DNA of 64,000 nt from Candidatus Hydrogenedentota bacterium. GTDB lineage: Bacteria; Hydrogenedentota; Hydrogenedentia; Hydrogenedentales; SLHB01. Location: assembly GCA_963745075.1 (NCBI GenBank), contig CAVUWV010000028.1, positions 1 to 64,000 of the forward strand, in the 5' to 3' direction. This document shows positions 51,657 to 62,174 of this stretch, piece by piece. Positions within the stretch are counted from its first letter, which is position 1. Each line of letters begins with the position of its first letter. Below the pieces are notes generated by a model. The model was not told the DNA's origin. It searched no databases and was given only the letters and a program-made list of their open reading frames with translations. The position numbers and the translations under genes are program-made.

Positions 51657-52967
51657 TTAGTCCCTTGCGGTACTCGTTAACCAATCCATGGAAAACCTTG
51701 CAAAGTAGATGGTTTCGTAGGGGCTCTCCGTGCCGCGTTCGTAGAGGCAGCCGGCGTGGCTCTCATCCAACGAGACGAGGCACGAATACGCGGATGGGCC
51801 GGCGTAGAGTGTGCGGCTAAACTTCCACGTTGCGCCGTCGTCTTCGCTGAGGCGGACGGTCATCTCGTGACGTTCGTTGCGGGACGCGGGGTTGGAAAAG
51901 AGGACCAGATTGGGTCCCGTTCCATCTGAAGGGGTCTGGCGGAGGATGGAGCCCTGGCAGCGGGGCGCGATCAAGGTCTCGTCGTAGCGGAGAGGCGACC
52001 AGCTTTCGCCGCCGTCGGTGCTGGATGACGTAACACGATAGACGGTGTCGTTATTCGCTGCGCGACGCATGTTAAGCAGAAGCAAGCCGTCGCGACATTC
52101 GATCACCTGACACTCGTTCGTGCCGTCTTCGGTGACGCCGCCGAGTTTCCACGTTGCCCCGTGGTCGTCGGAGTAGTAGACGAGGGAATGGTAACCGACC
52201 GCGTCGCCGCGGGTCTTTTGGTCGCAAGGGATGACAAGGCGTCCCTTGTGCGGCTCATGGCGCAACTGGATGCCCACGCCGGGGCCGGTGGCGTACCAGG
52301 TCCAGTTCGGCACTTTCACGTCGTGCGTGATTTCTCTCGGCTTGACCCAAGTTGCGCCGTGGTCGTCACTGTAGGTGACCCAGGCGGTGCGGGTGCCTTC
52401 GCTGGTGCCGTTGACGATTTCGTGCTCGGAGTCGTGGCCCAAGTTGTGCGTGAGATGGAGCCACAGGCGGCCGGTATCCTCGTCGAGCACGGGACAGGGG
52501 TTGCCGCAGGTGTTCTCGGCGTCGTCCCACACAACTTGCACGGGACCCCACGTTTCGCCGCCGTCCGTTGAGCGGCGTAACAGCAGGTCTATGTTGCCGC
52601 TGTCGGAACTACTCCCTTTGCGCCCTTCGCAGAAGGCGAGGAGCGTGCCGTCCGCGGCTTTGATGACGGACGGAATGCGGTATGTGTCATAGCCGCCTTC
52701 GCCGCTCGTGAAGACGGCCTGTTCCTGTGGAAGCAAGGCCGCTTCGCGGTCGAGTTCCTCCATCGTGAACCGCACGCTGACGATGTAGGGTCCCAGTTGC
52801 GATGGCGGGGGCGGTTCGACGAGGTCGCCTTCGTGTGAATTCCAGTCGCCGCCGATGGTCGTGATGGATGCGGGTTTGCCGTTGCCGACGAAGGTTTCCG
52901 CGTGGACTTGGACGATGGTGAAAAACGCGCAGCCGACTGCGGTTAACGCATATCGATATGACGTCAT
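51657..52967 (-). CDS. Sialidase (GH33, BNR/Asp-box)
   Basis: YRIPS motif; Asp boxes [16 protein letters not shown] (twice), [22 protein letters not shown]. Confidence 0.9.
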   Translation of the reverse strand: MTSYRYALTAVGCAFFTIVQVHAETFVGNGKPASITTIGGDWNSHEGDLVEPPPPSQLGPYIVSVRFTMEELDREAALLPQEQAVFTSGEGGYDTYRIPSVIKAADGTLLAFCEGRKGSSSDSGNIDLLLRRSTDGGETWGPVQVVWDDAENTCGNPCPVLDEDTGRLWLHLTHNLGHDSEHEIVNGTSEGTRTAWVTYSDDHGATWVKPREITHDVKVPNWTWYATGPGVGIQLRHEPHKGRLVIPCDQKTRGDAVGYHSLVYYSDDHGATWKLGGVTEDGTNECQVIECRDGLLLLNMRRAANNDTVYRVTSSSTDGGESWSPLRYDETLIAPRCQGSILRQTPSDGTGPNLVLFSNPASRNERHEMTVRLSEDDGATWKFSRTLYAGPSAYSCLVSLDESHAGCLYERGTESPYETIYFARFSMDWLTSTARD

Positions 52968-53063
52968 ACTGCCCCCAATTTGAACTGCTTCCGATCTCAA
53001 TCATATATCCAACGATACCCGACGGTGGTCGTTTTTTGCACGTGACCGGATAACATTGAAGAA

Positions 53064-53083
53064 GGCGGGTTGGAAAACCCGCC
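53064..53083 (-). terminator. Possible intrinsic terminator after the DUF1080 gene
   Basis: GGCGGGTT-loop-AACCCGCC hairpin followed by TTCTT on the minus strand. Confidence 0.45.
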
Positions 53084-53114
53084 CTGCGAAGAATCTACCC
53101 AATCGTTGGTGTCG

Positions 53115-53798
53115 TTATTTGTCGTTTTTGATTTCCTTGATCCGGATATTCTTCCATTTGACGGTGTAGGGTTCGGTCTTGTCGCCGACGGCGTGAACCT
53201 GGAGGCCGATGAAACCGGAAGGCGTCATGTCGTCGTGGAGGTCGGCGCGGAGTTCGCCGTTGACCCATGTCTTGATGTGGTCGCCGATGGCCTCGACCTT
53301 ATAGTGGTTCCATTCGCCGTTTTTCCAGACCGTCTTGCCCTGTTCGGAGAACTTTTCGGCGAGTTCCTTGTTTTCCTTCGTGGGATAGAGCCAGCCGCGA
53401 CGGCCTTCGTCGTAGATGCCGCCGGACCATTTGCGCGGGTTGTTCTCGTCTTCCATCTCGATTTGGTAGCCGTGGACGCGGCCGTCCTGATAGTCCGGCG
53501 TGCTCTCGCTGCGAATTTGGCAGCCGGAATTCATGGTGGGATTGGCGAAGGCGTCGAATTCGAGGATGAAGTCTCCGTAGTGCTCTTTCGTACACAGGAA
53601 GGTATTTTGGGTGTTCGGGGCCGACACGCCCACTATGCAATCGCCCTCGACATGGTAGGTGGCCGCGCCGCCTTTCACCTCCCAGTTGTCGAGGTCTTTT
53701 CCGTTGAACAAGGGAACCCAGTCGTCGTCGGCATGGATTACCGGCGCGAAACAAAGGAAAGCCAACAAGGCTACGCCGAAAATATAGATGGATTTCAT
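53115..53798 (-). CDS. DUF1080 (3-keto-disaccharide hydrolase family) protein, secreted
   Basis: WVPLFNGKDL, YGDFILE, NSG, GYQIE, GEWN, GFIGLQVH, WKNIRIKE. Confidence 0.9.
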   Translation of the reverse strand: MKSIYIFGVALLAFLCFAPVIHADDDWVPLFNGKDLDNWEVKGGAATYHVEGDCIVGVSAPNTQNTFLCTKEHYGDFILEFDAFANPTMNSGCQIRSESTPDYQDGRVHGYQIEMEDENNPRKWSGGIYDEGRRGWLYPTKENKELAEKFSEQGKTVWKNGEWNHYKVEAIGDHIKTWVNGELRADLHDDMTPSGFIGLQVHAVGDKTEPYTVKWKNIRIKEIKNDK

Positions 53799-53938
53799 GA
53801 TATGTCTCCCGGTTTTGAACCGCCAAGCGCTATAGTGCGGATCGCGGGGCGACCACTTACGCTAGTGGCATCGCCCGGCCTCTCTTGACGTTTTTCGCAA
53901 AGTGATTGGTGCACGACCAATATGAATTGACACGTACG

Positions 53939-54889
53939 TCAGCGCGTTGCGGATCCCTCGGCTTTTGCCTGCACACCGCGGGTTTGCAATTCCGTCAAAC
54001 TCTTGGCGATTTCGTTGAAGTTGGCAATGGAAAGCGCGATATCCGGGAGCGAATCATCCCAGTCATACTCGTACTCGACCGAGAATACGCCCTGGAATCC
54101 CTGCCGCAACAGTTCGGCCAGGATGCCGCGCACGTTGGCGACGCCGGTGCTCCAAGGCACATCGTGGGCATCCTTGTTGCCGAACTCGTCGAGATCCTTG
54201 AAGTGCAAACAGATGATGCGACCTTCGAGTTCCTTGACGGCATCCACGGGATCGATGCCCGACCGGAGCCAGTGGCCGGTATCGGAGCAGGAGCCGATGC
54301 GTTTGCTGTGGCCTTCGCAGGCTTCGAGGACGGTGTCCGGATTCCAGTAGCGGGACGGTTCGGGATGGTTGTGGAGGGCGACGTTGATGCCGTATTCGTC
54401 GGTCAGTTTATCCAGCAAGTCGAAGGCCTCAGGGGGCGGCTCGGATACGATGGTCTGGATTCCCATCGCTTTCGCGAAATCGAAGACCTTGCGATCTTCG
54501 GCCTCGTCAGTGCCCAGGCCGACGACGCCGTAGTTTATGAGTTTGATGTCGGCGGCCTTCAAGCGGTCCAGGACCTCCGAATACAGTTCAGCCGGCATAT
54601 TGTGGTCGAACTTCGCATCGGGCTTTTCCTTGCTGAGCGTCTGGCCGGGATAGGCTTCGATGTAGTGCAGGCCCAGGGCGTGGACCTTGTCGATGGCCTC
54701 GTAGAAGGTAAAGCGGTTGAAGCTGTAGGCCTGGCACCCGAGATGCCATCCCAGGGCTTCGGCAGCGGGCGCGCCCTTGGGGGTGATGGTAGCCGCGGCG
54801 ACATTGTCGTCTTGGGCGTACACGGCCGGTACGGCGGCCAGGGTCAAGGCACAAAGTAAGACGGCGATGGAAAATCGAAAGGCGTTCAT
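53939..54889 (-). CDS. Secreted xylose-isomerase-like TIM-barrel protein (sugar phosphate isomerase/epimerase family)
   Basis: Signal peptide; QAYSF; ALHNH; DTGHW; LHFKD; SVEYE. Confidence 0.85.
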   Translation of the reverse strand: MNAFRFSIAVLLCALTLAAVPAVYAQDDNVAAATITPKGAPAAEALGWHLGCQAYSFNRFTFYEAIDKVHALGLHYIEAYPGQTLSKEKPDAKFDHNMPAELYSEVLDRLKAADIKLINYGVVGLGTDEAEDRKVFDFAKAMGIQTIVSEPPPEAFDLLDKLTDEYGINVALHNHPEPSRYWNPDTVLEACEGHSKRIGSCSDTGHWLRSGIDPVDAVKELEGRIICLHFKDLDEFGNKDAHDVPWSTGVANVRGILAELLRQGFQGVFSVEYEYDWDDSLPDIALSIANFNEIAKSLTELQTRGVQAKAEGSATR

Positions 54890-54991
54890 GGTTACACTCC
54901 TGTCTGCGGGTGTCGCATCACACGACATGGTTTGGGTGCCATGGTAGCGTTTTCACACCGCGGAGAGCAACGGCAATGCGCCGGGTCGGTT

Positions 54992-55780
54992 TCAGAGCCG
55001 TTTGACGCCGAATCCGCCGCCAATTTCGATGACGGCCCCAGTGGCGTAATCGAAGTACCCCTCGGCCAGAGCGACGACGGCCTTGCCCACGTCTTCCGGG
55101 GTCCCCCAGCGGTCTTGCAGCAACAGTCCCTCTGCGATGAGTTTGTCGTACTTTTCCTTCACGCCGGCGGTCATGTCGGTATCGATGAGGCCGGGCCGGA
55201 GGTCGTACACGTTGATGCCGTACGGGGCGAGTTGGACTGCGAAGGTCTGCGCGGCCATGCTGAGGCCGGTTTTGCTGATGCAGTACTCGGCCCGTGACGG
55301 GCTGGCCGTATCTGACGAGATGCTGGTGATGAAAACGATCTTTGGAACGTAGGAAGTGCCGGATTTGACTTGCTCGATCATCTGGTTGGCGACGAGCTGG
55401 GACAAGAAGAAGGGGCCGCGCAGATTGATGTCGATGAGCCGGTCGAAACTCTCCGCCGTGGTCTTGAGGACGTTCAGACGCTTGAGGACCCCGACGCCCG
55501 CGTTGTTCACGAGTACATCGATGGAACCGAAGGCGTCGAGCACCTCGTGGAACATCCGCGGGTGGTCGTCGAGATTGGCGATGTCGCCCGCCACGGGAAG
55601 GAATCGGCAACCGGCCTTTTCGACATGGTGTTTTACTTCGTAGAGGCCGGATTCCGTGTTGGCGGGGTCGGCTTTCGTGGCGCATCCGGCGATGTCATAG
55701 CCGTGTTGAGCCAGGGTTAAGGCGATGCCGCGACCGATGCCCCGGCTTGCACCGGTGACCATGGCGACTGCTTTGCTCAT
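54992..55780 (-). CDS. Short-chain dehydrogenase/reductase
   Basis: TGASRGIG, NNAG, YCISK, RWGTPEDVG. Confidence 0.9.
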   Translation of the reverse strand: MSKAVAMVTGASRGIGRGIALTLAQHGYDIAGCATKADPANTESGLYEVKHHVEKAGCRFLPVAGDIANLDDHPRMFHEVLDAFGSIDVLVNNAGVGVLKRLNVLKTTAESFDRLIDINLRGPFFLSQLVANQMIEQVKSGTSYVPKIVFITSISSDTASPSRAEYCISKTGLSMAAQTFAVQLAPYGINVYDLRPGLIDTDMTAGVKEKYDKLIAEGLLLQDRWGTPEDVGKAVVALAEGYFDYATGAVIEIGGGFGVKRL

Positions 55781-55814
55781 TCAATCATTCCTTACGGCGT
55801 TTCATGCGGCGCGA

Positions 55815-56111
55815 TTATTTGATCGTGTAGTGTACGCGCGTTTCGCGGCGCCGGACGACCCGGCTGCTGCCGCCATGATTGGTGAAGTCGAAGAAGATCG
55901 CGAGAATCAACAGCACAAGGCTCCATCCGTGGAATCCGCCGTTGGCATTGATGCCGATGGCGTAGGCGCAGGTGGTGTACGGCATGAAGAAGAAACCCAG
56001 CAGCGGCCAGAGCGCCGTCTGGAACGCGGTTGCCGTGTACCCGACAATCCACATGAAGAAAAGGGTCACCCGAGGTATCAGCAATCCAATCAGCACGAGG
56101 AGACAAGGCAT
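55815..56111 (-). CDS. Small membrane hypothetical protein
   Basis: MPCLLVLIGLLIPR...WPLLGFFFMPYTT; RBS AAGGAGG. Confidence 0.7.
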   Translation of the reverse strand: MPCLLVLIGLLIPRVTLFFMWIVGYTATAFQTALWPLLGFFFMPYTTCAYAIGINANGGFHGWSLVLLILAIFFDFTNHGGSSRVVRRRETRVHYTIK

Positions 56112-56483
56112 AACGACCTCCTTTACTTGCTTTTCCACACGTCGCCCAAGCAGGTGCCGACGGCTTGGGCGGCCTGGACAGGGGGCAATCACCGCCGGAC
56201 GCGAGGATTCTCGTTGTGCGCACGCGTACTCTTGAAGAGATGGATACCGCGATCACTTTCCTTCATCGCCGGCCGTAGTTCCAATACCGTCGCTGAACAC
56301 TGTACAAGTGCACCGTGCGCGTTACAAGATTGGCGGTAGAACCCGAGCAGGGCCGGCTTTCGCGCTTGACAGAACCTATGGGCAGGTGCAAGGCTCTTGA
56401 CGATTGAGACAAAAGCGCGGAATCAGCGAACGGAATCTTTGTTTGTGAGCGAACAGCAAGAAAATACATCGGGGAATACCGCG

Positions 56484-57233
56484 ATGATTCGGGCCGAGGG
56501 ACTCCGTAAGGAGTTTGCCGGACCCAAGGGCGATTCGGTGGTGGCAGTCAAAAATGTGACCTTTTCGGTCAATGCGGGGGAAATCTTCGGGCTATTGGGT
56601 CCGAATGGGGCCGGAAAGACGACGTTGCTTCGCATGCTGGCCACCATCATCACGCCGACGGCGGGTCAGTGCTGGATCGCAGGTCACGCCACGCATGAAT
56701 CGCCGGGAAACGCACGCCGGCAGGTGGGCTTCATGTCCGGCAATACGAAATTGTACGGGCGTCTGAAGGCGCGGGAAATGTTGTTGTATTTCGGGCGGCT
56801 GTACGGGATGCCCGACGAGGCGATAGCCAAACGCACCGAGGAACTCGCGACGATGTTGGACATGAAGCCGTTCATGGAACGGCGGTGCGACACTTTATCT
56901 ACTGGGCAGACGCAGAAGGTGTCGATTGCGCGGGTGCTTCTGCACGATCCCCCCGTTTTAATTCTGGACGAGCCGACGCTGGGGCTCGATATTATGACGA
57001 GTACGGCCATACTCGATTTCATTTTCGACGCCAAACAGCGGCATCACGCGATCATATTTTCGACGCACTACATGACCGAGGCGGAAGTGCTCTGCGACCG
57101 GGTGGGGCTGATGTATACCGGCGAAATCATGGCGATGGACACGAAGCAAGGGCTCTATGACGCAACGAATACCGATAATCTTCACGACGTATTCATGGCG
57201 TACGTCGACCGGCAGGCGGTGGGTCCGGTATGA
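56484..57233 (+). CDS. natA: ABC ATPase, NatA-like (Na+ export)
   Basis: [28 protein letters not shown]. Confidence 0.8.
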   Translation: MIRAEGLRKEFAGPKGDSVVAVKNVTFSVNAGEIFGLLGPNGAGKTTLLRMLATIITPTAGQCWIAGHATHESPGNARRQVGFMSGNTKLYGRLKAREMLLYFGRLYGMPDEAIAKRTEELATMLDMKPFMERRCDTLSTGQTQKVSIARVLLHDPPVLILDEPTLGLDIMTSTAILDFIFDAKQRHHAIIFSTHYMTEAEVLCDRVGLMYTGEIMAMDTKQGLYDATNTDNLHDVFMAYVDRQAVGPV

Positions 57234-59251
57234 AACTGCGGACTGTACTCGTCATCTTCCGTAAAGAGCTGCTCGACATGCTCCGCGACCGGCGTACGCT
57301 CATCGCCATGCTGGGCATTCCGATCGTTCTCTATCCCGCTCTTTTCATCTTTGGTTCCCAGGCGGCGCTGATGCAGCGGGACCGGTTGACGGAATCCCTC
57401 TCCCGCGTGGCGGTCGTTGCAGAGGACCCGGTTCTTCTCACGAATTGGTTGAGCAAGAATTCAAAACTGTTCGTGTGCGAATCATCCGATCCCGAGCAGG
57501 ATCTCTCAAACGGGAGAATACACGCCATTATCAACGTTACGGGCGATTTGGCGCGACGGTTGCGGGAAGGTAAGGCAACAGAGATCACCATCCAGTACGA
57601 CGCGACCGATACGGCATCCCAGGAAGCCGTGAAACGGTTGTTGGAGACGTTTGAGGACCGGGAAGCGGCGTTGTTGAAGACCCGGCTCGAGGACGCGGGG
57701 ATTCCCGCAGATTACGTCGATCCGTTGCAGGTAAAACGGGAAAACATGGCGCCGCGCACGCGAACCACAAAGATTGTGTTGGGCTCGCTGATGCCGCCGT
57801 TGATGATTCTCATGCTGGGGGTGGGCGCGTTTTATCCGGCCATTGATTTGACCGCGGGGGAGAAAGAACGCGGGACCTTCGAGACGCTGCTCTCGACGCC
57901 AACGTCGAGTTACGAAATCCTGTCGGGGAAGTTCTTGACAGTGTTCGTCGTTGCCATGCTCACGGGGCTGACGAATCTGACCAGCATGGTCGCGACGTTC
58001 GCCTTTCAGCTCGCCCAGTTGCAGGGCGATATGGGCGCCTTTGAATTCCGGCTGCCTGCAAGCAGCGTGATCCTGATCGTACTGGCATTGATTCCCCTCG
58101 CCTTTTTCATCTCGGCCGTGATGATGTCTATCGCCGTACTGGCCCGGAGTTTTCGGGAAGGTCAGAGTTTACTGACGCCGTTCCTGCTGATCCTGCTGTT
58201 CCCGGCGGGATACGCTGCGGTTCCCGGTGTGCACTTGACCGTGGCCTTGCAATTTGTACCGATCGCGAACTTTGCGCTGTTGTTCAAAGACCTGTTGAGC
58301 GCACATGTGGACGCCCAATCGATCGTCATGGTGCTGCTCAGCACGACGGTTTATGCTTGCTTATCGCTGTATGCCGCGGCGCGGATCTTTCGGCGGGAAG
58401 ACGTCGTGTTATCGGAGGATCGCGGGGCGCCGCTTGCCTTGCGCCGTTCCTACTTTCGGCCACGGCCCTTGCCCACGCCGGGCATGTCCCTGTTTATCTT
58501 TGCATTGTGCTTGCTGTTGCTGTTTTACGCAGGCACCTACGTGCAAAGCGATTTCGGAATCTGGGGGATTGTCATTACTCAGTGGGTGCTTTTTCTACTC
58601 CCCACGGTGTTTATCCTCTGGTACGTGCGCGTCGATCTGCGGACCGCGCTGAGCCTTCGTTTGCCGGGTGCAGGGGTCTGGTTGGCGGCGCTGGTTATTG
58701 CAGTGGGTTGGGCTGTGTTGACCCTGCAATTTAGCGTCTGGCAACAGAAGATCCTGCCTTTTCCCGAAGATCTGGCCAGGGAGATGGAGCGGCTGACGGG
58801 TCTGGGGAACCAGCCGCTGTGGTTCTTGCTCTTTGTTCTTGCGGTCTCTCCGGCGATCTGTGAAGAGACCCTGTTTCGCGGGGCGGTGTTGGCCGGGTTG
58901 CGCAAGCATCTTCCCTGGTGGGCGTTGCTGCTGTGCGTGGGCATTGCCTTCGGCGTGTCACACATCAGCATTTACCGCATGATCCTCACGGGACTCAGCG
59001 GCGTCGTGTTGACGTACATCGTTTGGCGTTCGGGGTCTATCTTCCCCAGCATGGTCACCCATTTCCTTGTGAATGCCACGGGCGTCCTGCTCCAATCGCA
59101 GTATGTACCCGATTCGATTCAGCCGGCCATCGATCATGCCTTGAAAGAGGAGCACGGGTTCCCGTGGTGGTTCATTGGCGGGGCGGCGGTCGTGTGGGTT
59201 TGCGGTATTCTGCTGATGGAGCGGTTCCGGCCGCGGGATGCGATGGACTGA
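57230..59251 (+). CDS. NatB-like ABC-2 permease fused to a CPBP (Abi/CAAX) intramembrane metalloprotease
   Basis: KELLDMLRDRRT, AGEKERGTFETLL; C-terminal CEETLFRG, FGVSH, HFLVN. Confidence 0.85.
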   Translation: MKLRTVLVIFRKELLDMLRDRRTLIAMLGIPIVLYPALFIFGSQAALMQRDRLTESLSRVAVVAEDPVLLTNWLSKNSKLFVCESSDPEQDLSNGRIHAIINVTGDLARRLREGKATEITIQYDATDTASQEAVKRLLETFEDREAALLKTRLEDAGIPADYVDPLQVKRENMAPRTRTTKIVLGSLMPPLMILMLGVGAFYPAIDLTAGEKERGTFETLLSTPTSSYEILSGKFLTVFVVAMLTGLTNLTSMVATFAFQLAQLQGDMGAFEFRLPASSVILIVLALIPLAFFISAVMMSIAVLARSFREGQSLLTPFLLILLFPAGYAAVPGVHLTVALQFVPIANFALLFKDLLSAHVDAQSIVMVLLSTTVYACLSLYAAARIFRREDVVLSEDRGAPLALRRSYFRPRPLPTPGMSLFIFALCLLLLFYAGTYVQSDFGIWGIVITQWVLFLLPTVFILWYVRVDLRTALSLRLPGAGVWLAALVIAVGWAVLTLQFSVWQQKILPFPEDLAREMERLTGLGNQPLWFLLFVLAVSPAICEETLFRGAVLAGLRKHLPWWALLLCVGIAFGVSHISIYRMILTGLSGVVLTYIVWRSGSIFPSMVTHFLVNATGVLLQSQYVPDSIQPAIDHALKEEHGFPWWFIGGAAVVWVCGILLMERFRPRDAMD

Positions 59252-59285
59252 ATGGACGTTATGGACCGGATGGACGAGACGGCTT

Positions 59286-60536
59286 CTATGTTTCGTTTTG
59301 GAGGATCTGGTCCAGGGTTTGGCGCCGGCGAATGAGAGTCAAGTCGCCTTCTTCGGACAGCAGCACTTCCGGGGCTTCGGGGAAGCTGTTGTAGTTCTTT
59401 GATGACATGGCCGCGCAATAGGCACCCGCGCCGCCGATCACAAGGTAATCGCCGATACGGGCTTGCGTGAGGGTGCGCGGGAGCAGGCCTTCAGGATTGC
59501 CCGGCTCCGGAGTCAACACGTCGCCGCTTTCGCAGCAGTGCCCCACGACGAGATATTCCTGCGTACCGCGGGATTCCGGTTGTGCCGGCACGACGGCGAT
59601 GGGATGCTGCGCACCGTACATGCTGGGCCGGATCACCTCGGTCATGCCGCTGTCGATCTTGATGAAGGTATACCCCTCCGCGCCGGTATCGATGATATCG
59701 ATGATGCCGCAGACAATCGCGCCCGCGTTGGCGACGAGGAAGGTGCCGGGTTCTACTTCGAGATGGAGTTTGCGGCCGTGCTTGGCGTGGAACTCTTCGA
59801 AATCCTGGACGATGACCTTGCCAATGGCCTGCAAATCCGCTGACGGCTCGCCGGGCATGCGGCCGACTTTGAACCCACCGCCTAAGCTGAGCGTTGCTAC
59901 TTCCGGTAGCTGCGCCACGATGTCGAGGGACATGCGCGCGCAATGGTTCCAAACTTCCGGGTCGCTGCCGGAGCCGATATGCGTGTGCATGCGGGTGATG
60001 CGGAGGTTGTGCATTTGGCGGACGCGTTCCACGTCGCCGAGATGTTCGTGCCAGATGCCGAAAGCGGCGGAAGGGCCGCCTACATTGGTGCGGTTGGTAT
60101 GACCGGAGCCGAGACCGGGATTGATGCGAACGCTCACTTCGGATCCCGGAAAGAAACGGCCGTAGGTATCCAATTGATGAAGCGAGCAAGCATTGAAAAG
60201 CACGCCGCGTTCGACGAGATCCTTCAGATTATCGGGCATCTGTTGCGCGGTGATTTGAATGTGTGATGGCGCTACGCCGGCGCACATTGCCCGCTCGGCC
60301 TCGTTGCCGCTGCTCGCGTCGATGTGGAGCCCCGCATCGGAGAAGAGCCGGACAATGGCGGCGCTGGGCAACGCCTTCATGGCGTAGCGGGCGGTCAGTC
60401 CGTACGCGTTGGGAAAGTCGAGAAGCGCCTTGGCCTGCGTTTCGAGAGTCCGTCGATCGTATACGTACACGGGCGTACCGAAGGTTCGGGCAACTTCCCG
60501 CACCTGGTTTTCCGTGAGAAAAGACAGCAGTTGCAT
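59286..60536 (-). CDS. lysA: Diaminopimelate decarboxylase
   Basis: GTPVYVYD, YAMKA, HTHIGS, LGGGF, EPG, IRPSMYG, CESGD, AGAY. Confidence 0.92.
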   Translation of the reverse strand: MQLLSFLTENQVREVARTFGTPVYVYDRRTLETQAKALLDFPNAYGLTARYAMKALPSAAIVRLFSDAGLHIDASSGNEAERAMCAGVAPSHIQITAQQMPDNLKDLVERGVLFNACSLHQLDTYGRFFPGSEVSVRINPGLGSGHTNRTNVGGPSAAFGIWHEHLGDVERVRQMHNLRITRMHTHIGSGSDPEVWNHCARMSLDIVAQLPEVATLSLGGGFKVGRMPGEPSADLQAIGKVIVQDFEEFHAKHGRKLHLEVEPGTFLVANAGAIVCGIIDIIDTGAEGYTFIKIDSGMTEVIRPSMYGAQHPIAVVPAQPESRGTQEYLVVGHCCESGDVLTPEPGNPEGLLPRTLTQARIGDYLVIGGAGAYCAAMSSKNYNSFPEAPEVLLSEEGDLTLIRRRQTLDQILQNET

Positions 60537-60757
60537 GGTGTTCGGCATTCCTTTGACGATGATGCGGCGCCCCACGCGGCACAAAGCGTGCAATACATAG
60601 CATATCGACGCCGGGCCGGGCCAGTTTTTGCTGATGGGACCCGTGAACTGGCACGGCACACACGGACCAACACGGACGCACAGGGACATTCAATCCGCCT
60701 TTACCAATCTGCTATTCTTATGCGCACGGACTAATTTAATTCTCATACGGAGATTCC

Positions 60758-62118
60758 ATGGCGAAGACCAAGACGACGTTTGTATGCCAGAGCTGCGGCG
60801 CGGTGTCGATGCGCTGGGCGGGGCGTTGTGAAGACTGCGGCGAGTGGAACTCCATTGTGGAAGAGCAGGTCATCGAATCGGGAACCCACGTGCGGCCGTC
60901 GATTGCGGAGGGGGCCAGCCCATCGCCATTACGGATCGATCGCAGCCGCCTGCGGAGCGTATCCCGACTGGAATTCTCGAATGCGACCGGGTGCTGGGGG
61001 GTGGCATCGTTCCGGGTTCGCTGACGCTGGTCGGCGGCGACCCAGGCATTGGCAAGTCGACGCTGATGCTCCAGGTTTCTCATACGGTCGCGGAGCGCGT
61101 CGGGCCCGTTCTGTACGTATCCGGCGAGGAATCCTTCGATCAAACGCGGATGCGCGCCGGACGGCTGGGCACCTTGAGCGACAATCTGATGATTTTCACC
61201 GAGACGTCGGTGGATGCGGTCCGGCGTGAGATAAGGAAAGGTGGCTTCTCCCTGGTCGTGGTTGATTCCATCCAATCCATGTACACCCCGGATCTGGCCG
61301 CGGTGCCGGGGAGCATTGGGCAGGTGCGGGACTGTTCCAACGAATTCCTCCGTATCGCGAAAGGCCAAAACGTGCCGATATTCCTCGTCGGACACGTTAC
61401 GAAGGACGGATCCATTGCCGGTCCGCGTTTGCTCGAACATCTCGTGGATACGGTTTTGTACTTTGAAGGGGAAGGGAAGCAAGCGCTCCGCATCCTACGT
61501 TCGGTGAAGAACCGGTTTGGTTCGACGAACGAGATTGGCGTGTTTGAAATGACGGAGTTGGGGCTCCAGGAGGTTCCCAACCCGAGCGCGTTGTTCTTGA
61601 ACGAGCGGCCGCGGGGCGTCAGCGGATCGGTGGTGATTCCCAGCATCGAGGGAACACGGCCCCTGCTGGTGGAGGTCCAGGCTTTGGTCGGTGACGCGTC
61701 CCTGGCTTCGCCTCGCCGTACGGTGGCGGGTGTAAACCCGAACCGGGTCGCCTTGATCCTGGCGGTATTGGAGAAACGGGCGGGCGTTCATATCTCCGAC
61801 AAGGAGGTGTACGTCAACGTAGCCGGGGGCGTTCGATTGGAGGAACCGGCCATCGATCTCGCGGTTGCGGTGGCCTTAGCGTCGAGCCTGCTGGAAGCTC
61901 CGGTTCCGTCCAGCTTGGCGATTTTCGGCGAGATCGGGTTGGCTGGGGAAGTGCGCGCCGTGGACATGGCGCGGAGCCGGGTCGCGGAAGCCTCGAAGTT
62001 TGGATTCGTAAAGTGTATTCTACCCAAGAGTTGTGCGGCCGATGTGCGGGACGTATCGGTCGAGGTTGTGCCGGTGACGGGCGTCGCGTCCGCCATCGAC
62101 GTGGCGTTGGACCGGTAG
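60758..62118 (+). CDS. radA: DNA repair protein RadA/Sms (one frameshift near 60880-60915)
   Basis: C4 zinc finger CQSCG...CEDCGEWN; GDPGIGKST; KNRFG; GEIGLAGEVR. Confidence 0.95.
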
Positions 62119-62174
62119 CGACCGTTCATTTCGAGACAGCGAGTTGGGGCGAGCGTTGGCAGGGTAAAGAGGAC

